A DNA stretch of 64,000 bases from a virus, in the IMG/VR virus record IMGVR_UViG_3300023444_000001, positions 17,938 to 81,937 of that record. One strand, 5' to 3'. The notes below the pieces were generated by a model, which was given only the letters and a program-made list of their open reading frames with translations, made no database searches and was not told the origin of the DNA. A program made the position numbers and the translations under genes. This document shows positions 58,160 to 64,000 of this stretch, piece after piece (the first letter of the stretch is position 1; each line of letters opens with the position of its first letter).

Positions 58160-58458
58160 CGCCCAAATTTCCTAAATACCTCATTTGGATTTGGAATCCA
58201 AATAACCTCTCCAACAGGAAGTATAAAAGGATCATCTAAATATTCTGCATTTGCATCGGCTATAATCCACCATTTTTTTGCATCACCATATAATCTGTGC
58301 GCCATAATATCTAATCTATCAGATTCCTTTAATACATAAGAAAACATATCTGATTTCTTAAACTGAACTAAAAATCGTAATCCACTCATAGAAATGATAT
58401 TTCCATTAGAATCCTCATAATCAAAAATTTCTTCTGACATATATCTTGAATTTCTCAT
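58156..58458 (-). CDS. LysM/tail X-like baseplate protein
   Basis: SRY...DRLDIMAHRLYGD..WWIIADAN...IP. Confidence 0.85.
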   Translation of the reverse strand: MRNSRYMSEEIFDYEDSNGNIISMSGLRFLVQFKKSDMFSYVLKESDRLDIMAHRLYGDAKKWWIIADANAEYLDDPFILPVGEVIWIPNPNEVFRKFGR

Positions 58459-59153
58459 ATAGATGAAACTCCATATTCCTTTAATTCTAAATCTACTTCT
58501 GCTCGAATCGGAGTTAAACCCTCATCAAACAAAGTATATCGTGTTTTCATACTCGTTATTACACAATCCATCGTTAATTGACTCCCCCAAACAAAAATTA
58601 AAACTCTTGGAGGAAGAGATACTCCAGAATCTTCATTCTCTCTTGGGAGAAAAACTTTTAACAAACTTATTACAGGTTCAACTGAAGCCTTTGAAAATTC
58701 CGGAATCGAAAAATGAGAAAGCATTTCTTTAGACCAATCAATAGGCAAATTTCCAAATAATCTATTTGAAATATGATCTATATTAGAAATCATATTCAAT
58801 AATTCCGGTGGAATTAAAACTATTGCCCTTCCTATTTCACCAATAACTGGAGAAGTTGAAGATACATCAAATAATAACTTCAAAGAAAAAGTGGTGCTTT
58901 TCCCTCCAACATATTGCAATACTGGTTTTGCACTCCCAGGAAAACTATGTTCAACAAATGAAACTTCCTTCTTAAATTCCAAAATCTCTGGATTATACTG
59001 AAATGTAAATGCTGCATCCATATATACCCTCGAAAAATCAGGTTCTCCCGTTCCAAGAACTCCATAAGGTATAAGTTTACCCTTATTGATCCTTTTAACA
59101 TAACTTGGAGCCGCAAAAATATCTCTTTGCAATGAACCAAAACTTACAGGCAA
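58455..59153 (-). CDS. CIS tube initiator-like protein
   Basis: FQYNPE, LQYVGG, LLFD, PPRVL.FVWG, FD..LTPIRAEV...LKE. Confidence 0.82.
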   Translation of the reverse strand: MPVSFGSLQRDIFAAPSYVKRINKGKLIPYGVLGTGEPDFSRVYMDAAFTFQYNPEILEFKKEVSFVEHSFPGSAKPVLQYVGGKSTTFSLKLLFDVSSTSPVIGEIGRAIVLIPPELLNMISNIDHISNRLFGNLPIDWSKEMLSHFSIPEFSKASVEPVISLLKVFLPRENEDSGVSLPPRVLIFVWGSQLTMDCVITSMKTRYTLFDEGLTPIRAEVDLELKEYGVSSI

Positions 59154-59155
59154 AA

Positions 59156-61501
59156 TTATCTCCTATCAAATAATCCAGACCTACGATTTATCTCTTCAAT
59201 ATGATCCTCTAATTGGCTTATACCATCATCAAAAATTCCAACAATATCTTTAGAAGTCTCCAATTTTGGAACTACAATATGAAAAGTAATTGACCCAATA
59301 GTCAATACTGGATTTTTCTGGGACTGATCCAATCCTTCTTTATATTGAAACAAAGGTATTTTTGCTGGTTGCACAGGAGAAGGAGAAGACTGTATCGGAA
59401 GTCCTGTAGTCTCATCTAATCCTGCAATTCCCCGCATAATTGCCAACCTTTTGCCTAAATCAAGAGTATATTGATCCCTTGTACTAATATTACTTTTCAA
59501 AGCCGCAGTATTTTCATCGAGTGATCCTGTTATTTCATTTGCCCATTGTTCTCTCATATGTGCTAACTGAGCCAAAGTCTTATCATCTATACTTAATTGA
59601 GACAGATTAAATTTTCCCAATTCTAAATTAGAAATCTCTTTTGGAACGTCTGTTTCAAAATCTTTTTTCATTTTATCCCAATCTAAAGACAAACCAAATA
59701 AAGACCCAATCGCCCCAAGTAATTTCCCTGAAATCCAAGAAGTAAGTTTCTTAACTTGATCTAAAATCCATCCAAACAAATCACCCCACCAACCCAATTT
59801 ATGACCAACATAAACTAAAGCCGCTCCTAAAGCCACTATACCTAATACAATTAATCCTTCAGGTGAAAACAAAAATGCTCCAACAGTTGTAACAAGCCCA
59901 GTAAGTACCTCCCATAACCATGTAAGTGCTCTTGCTAATGATGCTACTCGAAGGGACAAAAGAAACGTTGCAACAGTATTCAATTTAGTAAGTATCCAAT
60001 ATGCCGCCTGTAAAGGCACTAAAATTAAATATTTTCCAATTATCATCCCAAGCCCATTATAAAACATTTTCAAAACACCTGTTGCTATCATTAAAATTGG
60101 AACTCCTGCAAGGAAAATCACAAATAACTGTCCTAATTCCGGTTGTTGATCTACAACATGAATTATCCTATTTAGCCACTCAGTAAACCCCGAAATAATA
60201 TCAGTCAAAGGCCCACTTGCAGTTGCTCCAAGCATCCCTCCAAACAATTCTACTGAACCTGTCAATAATTGAATCTTTCCCCATAATGTATCAAGTATTT
60301 GACTTGTATACCTTGTAGCAACTCCATGAGCCGCCTGAATATCTCTTTGAAGTTGTCTTACAGCCTCTATACCAACCTTATCAGCATAATGTATTCTATC
60401 AATAGCAACTGCTAATTGAACTCCCATTCCTTTCAAAATTCCAGAATAAGCCTCAGTTTGTTCTGCCGCAGTCTTAAACCTTGCTTTTGTTTTATCTATT
60501 ATTCTTCCCATTATCTCCAAAAGTGGAAAATACTCTCCTGTGGCTTTATCTCTCAAATCATCCATACTTAATCCAAGTTGTTGAACATACCACAAAGGAC
60601 TTCCAACCCGTCTACCTCGACTTGAAATTGCTCCTGCTTGAATACGTCTAATATATCTCTGCAAGATACTAATACGTCTTATAGTGGCATTTATCACCAT
60701 CCCAGCCTGAGCAGGAAGAAGCCCTATCTGCCTTAAAACACCACCAAGAGCCAACATTTCTGAAAGTGAAGATTTCATCAATGCCGGTCCCGCTCTTAAT
60801 GACCGAAGAAAAATAGGCAATTTTTCCATGTGAAACAAAGTTCGCTTAACTGTAGCCCCTAATTCATCTACTATCTTCATAGATTGACTTGTCTGAAGAT
60901 TAAATTTTCCTAATACTGCAACAAGAGCCTCTCCAGCCTGTCCTAAATTTAATGCTCCAGCAGTCATTGTAGTAAAAGCCTCAACAGCAGGAAAAATAGC
61001 CTCCAACTGTTTAGAAGTAGAATATCCAGCCGAGGCTATTTCATAAAGTCCTTTTATAACCTGTGTAGGCGAAAATTCAGTCAACATAGCAGTTTGTCTT
61101 GCAAATCTCATCATCTCCTTTCTAAAACTTTCCATGTTTTTTGTGCCTCTTTGGGCAACAAAAACCAACTTCTCCATATACAATTCAAAATCTCTCGCCT
61201 GTTTTATCGGAAAATACATTGTAGTCATAAGAGTTGCAACTCCAGCCAAAACTCCCATCAATCCCTTTCTCAACCCAAGAGTAAATGCTGTTGTTCTTAC
61301 CTCTAAAGCAGTTATTTTTGTTTTCAGATAAGTAGCCGCAGTTCCAGCCTTTGTAAAAGCAGAGGCCAATCCAGCCCCCGCTTCTTTAGCCTTCAATTTT
61401 AATTTTACAAATGCACCCTCCAATTTTAACAAAGTAGACTGCATTTGTTCTGCACCACGAGTATAAAACATAAGGCCCATGCCAAACATTTTAGGAGTCA
61501 T
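59156..61501 (-). CDS. Tape measure protein (TP901 core)
   Basis: TEFSPTQV..GL..IASAG; Ala-rich helical body with a hydrophobic segment. Confidence 0.88.
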   Translation of the reverse strand: MTPKMFGMGLMFYTRGAEQMQSTLLKLEGAFVKLKLKAKEAGAGLASAFTKAGTAATYLKTKITALEVRTTAFTLGLRKGLMGVLAGVATLMTTMYFPIKQARDFELYMEKLVFVAQRGTKNMESFRKEMMRFARQTAMLTEFSPTQVIKGLYEIASAGYSTSKQLEAIFPAVEAFTTMTAGALNLGQAGEALVAVLGKFNLQTSQSMKIVDELGATVKRTLFHMEKLPIFLRSLRAGPALMKSSLSEMLALGGVLRQIGLLPAQAGMVINATIRRISILQRYIRRIQAGAISSRGRRVGSPLWYVQQLGLSMDDLRDKATGEYFPLLEIMGRIIDKTKARFKTAAEQTEAYSGILKGMGVQLAVAIDRIHYADKVGIEAVRQLQRDIQAAHGVATRYTSQILDTLWGKIQLLTGSVELFGGMLGATASGPLTDIISGFTEWLNRIIHVVDQQPELGQLFVIFLAGVPILMIATGVLKMFYNGLGMIIGKYLILVPLQAAYWILTKLNTVATFLLSLRVASLARALTWLWEVLTGLVTTVGAFLFSPEGLIVLGIVALGAALVYVGHKLGWWGDLFGWILDQVKKLTSWISGKLLGAIGSLFGLSLDWDKMKKDFETDVPKEISNLELGKFNLSQLSIDDKTLAQLAHMREQWANEITGSLDENTAALKSNISTRDQYTLDLGKRLAIMRGIAGLDETTGLPIQSSPSPVQPAKIPLFQYKEGLDQSQKNPVLTIGSITFHIVVPKLETSKDIVGIFDDGISQLEDHIEEINRRSGLFDRR

Positions 61502-61680
61502 TTTAACCCTCCCTGCATGGCTTTGAGCCTTTTATTATCCAATTCATTTAACAACTCCGCATATTTTATTCTTAACCAAATAGGCAAATTCAAAATATCA
61601 TTTTCAGCCCATCCAGTAAGCATAGCAATATAAACAATCTCTCTATATAAATCCTCCGAGTTTATTTCCCAACGAAAAAA
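61498..61680 (-). CDS. -1 frameshift extension of the tail assembly chaperone (DUF6760-like)
   Basis: Slippery T TTT TTC at 61680-61674; -1 frame FFRWEINSEDLYREIVYIAMLTGWAENDILNLP... ends in a TGA overlapping the TMP ATG. Confidence 0.7.
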   Translation of the reverse strand, partial: FFRWEINSEDLYREIVYIAMLTGWAENDILNLPIWLRIKYAELLNELDNKRLKAMQGGLK

Positions 61681-62405
61681 TTTGATACATCCATCATTGC
61701 TTCAAATTCATTGCCACATTCTATACAAGTTACACTTATCATAGGATTAGGCCCCGGAGTAGCCTTATCTAATTCTCCTCTAATTTTGTCTCTATCCCTT
61801 TTAGTCAAAGATTTGAATACTGTATCTGTAATTCTTTCTAAAGTTCCAAATCTTTTACAACACCGCAAAAACATTGCAGTTGAGGCTTTTGCTGGATTTT
61901 CTCTTGCTAAAGAGGTTATGGCTTCTTGAACTCTTCCTGTAGGAAATTCAATTTCTAAATCTTTATGAATAGTTCCTTTTTCATCCATATATCCCCCATC
62001 CAAAGTTATTTCTACAGACCTTGGATTACCATTTTCTAAACGAGTCACTTCTATATCATCAATATTTATATCTAAAGTCAAATTAGATTCACACCTCGGA
62101 CAAGGTAAATTCATTTCCACACTATCCCCAAAACTTATCTTTTGAAGCATCAAAACAAGATAATCCCTATCACCGCCAAGCAAATTTCTAATGTCTTCTC
62201 TTGTAGGCTTTTTCTCTCCAATACTTGATACTACAGAAAACAGCAATTCCGTAATCAAATTATTTCTATTCCTTTGAACTTTCTTTGAAGCAAGAATCTC
62301 TTCATCATATCCTGTCATTTCACGCATAACAACCTTATGCTCAATTTTCCCATCAATCTCATACCCACCAGGTAATTCAACTTCATGCTCTCGATAATTT
62401 TTCAT
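61662..62405 (-). CDS. Tail assembly chaperone (T4 gp26/hub-like)
   Basis: VELPGG, REMTGYDEE, LLGGDRDYL, CPRC, CIEC; lies between tube and TMP. Confidence 0.75.
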   Translation of the reverse strand: MKNYREHEVELPGGYEIDGKIEHKVVMREMTGYDEEILASKKVQRNRNNLITELLFSVVSSIGEKKPTREDIRNLLGGDRDYLVLMLQKISFGDSVEMNLPCPRCESNLTLDINIDDIEVTRLENGNPRSVEITLDGGYMDEKGTIHKDLEIEFPTGRVQEAITSLARENPAKASTAMFLRCCKRFGTLERITDTVFKSLTKRDRDKIRGELDKATPGPNPMISVTCIECGNEFEAMMDVSNFFVGK

Positions 62406-62420
62406 TTTACTTCCTTCCTT

Positions 62421-62927
62421 TTATACTACTGAAACAACTTCTTCAAAACCATTATGCTCTACAGCAAGTTCATAAAAAGCAACTTCATTCCTCATAGCAT
62501 CAAAACCTGAAATCGAATACTCTGATACCCATGCTCCAAATATATTCCACCTTTTAACTTCTTTATCCAAAAATCTATCCAACAATACCACAGACAAATT
62601 TCTCTTGAATAAAAAAGGTGGCATTTCTCTATTCTGAATTTGATACCGTGATGCAAACCAATTCCATAAATCATAATCTGAAACAATTCCCCTTTTCAAC
62701 AAAATAGGAGAATATGAAACTCGCCCTGGCAATTTATATTCTGTGAAATTTTGTCCACCTTCTCTAACTCTTAAAACATCTACTTTTGCTCTTAATCCCT
62801 TAACTTGATTAAACCCGCCAGATACAATACCATCAATCATTACTCCAAACTTAAAAGACAAATAAGGATTCTTTGTCTCTCCAAACCATCTACCATAAAC
62901 AGTAGAAATTGTATCCCCTATTCCCAT
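62421..62927 (-). CDS. Tail tube protein 2 (T4 gp19/Afp5-like)
   Basis: PYLSFKF, GFNQVKGL, REGG, LKRG, LWNW. Confidence 0.88.
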   Translation of the reverse strand: MGIGDTISTVYGRWFGETKNPYLSFKFGVMIDGIVSGGFNQVKGLRAKVDVLRVREGGQNFTEYKLPGRVSYSPILLKRGIVSDYDLWNWFASRYQIQNREMPPFLFKRNLSVVLLDRFLDKEVKRWNIFGAWVSEYSISGFDAMRNEVAFYELAVEHNGFEEVVSVV

Positions 62928-63394
62928 TAAGGAATTACCTCTTTGAACCCTTCATTTTTCAAAGTTATAGTCTTAATCAAAACATCATTAGCAGTTGCAT
63001 CAAAATCTCCAAGAGAATATCCACTAATCCACGTCCTATAAACCTCCCATTTTCTAACCTCTGAACCATCTTTATCTAAAAGAACAATGGCAATATCCTT
63101 CTTATATTCCGGTTCAACTGGACTTCCTTCAACTCCAAATTCATCCACTAAAGAAAGCCAATCCCATAATTCAGTATTTCCTGTTGGCATAATTCCTCTT
63201 TCCAATGTTATATCATCATAAGTCGTCAAACCAGGTTGTTTCCTGAATGTCATTTCATCTGGGCCTTCTCTATACGTAATTTCCTCAGAAGTTCTATTCA
63301 ATCCTGAAACCTTTTGAAATCCAGCGTGTTGGATTCCAGCCCATTCAACTCTAAACTTTGAAGATTTATACGGGTCTTTTCTTGCAACAGCCAT
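62927..63394 (-). CDS. Tail tube protein 1 (T4 gp19/Afp1-like)
   Basis: RKDPY..KFRV, GFQKVSGL, YREG, ITLERG, LWDW. Confidence 0.92.
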   Translation of the reverse strand: MAVARKDPYKSSKFRVEWAGIQHAGFQKVSGLNRTSEEITYREGPDEMTFRKQPGLTTYDDITLERGIMPTGNTELWDWLSLVDEFGVEGSPVEPEYKKDIAIVLLDKDGSEVRKWEVYRTWISGYSLGDFDATANDVLIKTITLKNEGFKEVIP

Positions 63395-63411
63395 TCTTAC
63401 CCCTCCTTAAA

Positions 63412-64000
63412 TTACATTGAAGCCAATTCTCTAACCAACCTTCCTCCATCCCACAAACCAATCTGAATAATAACAAATTCAGCAGGCTTCACTGGAGCCA
63501 CACCAATCTCAACATGAACTCTCCCCAAATCAATTTCACTTTGAGGATTTGTCGTTGAATCACACTTAACATAAAATGCCTCTGAAGGCTTAACTCCCTG
63601 TAAAGCCCCTGTTCTCCAAGTAGACAACAAAAATGCTTGAACTGAAAGCCTCAATTTAGACCATAACTTTGAATCATTAGGTTCAAAAACAGCCCACTTA
63701 AGTCCATCAGATATTGACTCTTCAATGTAATTCAAAGTCCTTCTAACAGGAATATACCTGTAATTTGAATCCGAAGAAAGAGTTCTCGCTCCCCAACAAA
63801 CATTCCCTATTCCCCGCAAAGAAATGCAAGAATTTACTTTTGCCGGTAAAAGTGTATCAATATCCGTATCAGTAACTACTTGTTGAAATTGTCTAACTCC
63901 TCTCAAAACTGCCAAAGTACCCGCAGGAGCCTTATGTACACCTCTCGAATCATCAGTTCTTGCTATCAATCCAGCAATATGCCCCATCAAAGGCACATAA
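63412..64000 (-). CDS. Contractile tail sheath (C-terminal part, runs off the window)
   Basis: RGVHKAPAG, WGARTL, YIPVRR, WAVFEPND, GVAPVKPAEF. Confidence 0.95.
   Translation of the reverse strand, partial: YVPLMGHIAGLIARTDDSRGVHKAPAGTLAVLRGVRQFQQVVTDTDIDTLLPAKVNSCISLRGIGNVCWGARTLSSDSNYRYIPVRRTLNYIEESISDGLKWAVFEPNDSKLWSKLRLSVQAFLLSTWRTGALQGVKPSEAFYVKCDSTTNPQSEIDLGRVHVEIGVAPVKPAEFVIIQIGLWDGGRLVRELASM

Noticed and set aside
302-61929. Numerous plus-strand ORFs in the track
   Set aside because: They are antisense shadows of minus-strand genes, with Phe/Ser/Ile-rich composition and no recognisable motifs.
47902-64000. Bacterial eCIS or tailocin locus
   Set aside because: The same strand and contig carry terminase, portal, MuF and phage replication genes; no Afp15-type ATPase is seen in the tail cluster.
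1-64000. Alternative genetic code, introns/inteins, tRNAs, integrase
   Set aside because: Genes are full length in the standard code, PolA, TerL, DnaB and RecA are normal sized, and no tRNA or integrase was recognised by eye. A tRNAscan run would be needed to exclude tRNAs.

Overview
A 64-kb segment of a large, AT-rich, apparently lytic tailed phage (myovirus). Essentially all genes are on the minus strand. In transcription order (right to left) it carries: (1) a contractile tail and baseplate module whose gene set resembles extracellular contractile injection systems (sheath, two gp19-type tubes, chaperone with a -1 frameshift, tape measure, CIS-tube/LysM, split gpD, spike, gp25, gpJ, gpI, DUF6519-like fibre); (2) a MoxR AAA+/vWA pair and a full replication/recombination module (SF2 helicase, DnaC, DnaB, DnaG, PolA, SSB, RecA, ligase, Cas4-like nuclease) that includes a Bd0055-like bacterial histone and SpoVS; (3) a 7-deazaguanine cluster (queD, queE, folE, queC, dpdA-like) interleaved with two glycosyltransferases, a PIG-L deacetylase, two methyltransferases and a radical SAM enzyme; (4) a ~1-kb non-coding region, then small early genes behind strong repeated sigma70-type promoters, a solitary type I-C CRISPR repeat, HPRT and a higher-GC island; (5) RuvC, a GT2-TPR protein, terminase, portal and a 1441-aa MuF-SNF2 fusion. 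The strongest candidates for novelty are a sugar-decorated deazaguanine DNA modification, a possible phage chromatin system (histone, Alba-fold SpoVS, virion SNF2, dispersed 95-bp elements) and an RNA anti-CRISPR-like repeat. All family calls come from motifs recognised by eye; no searches were run.
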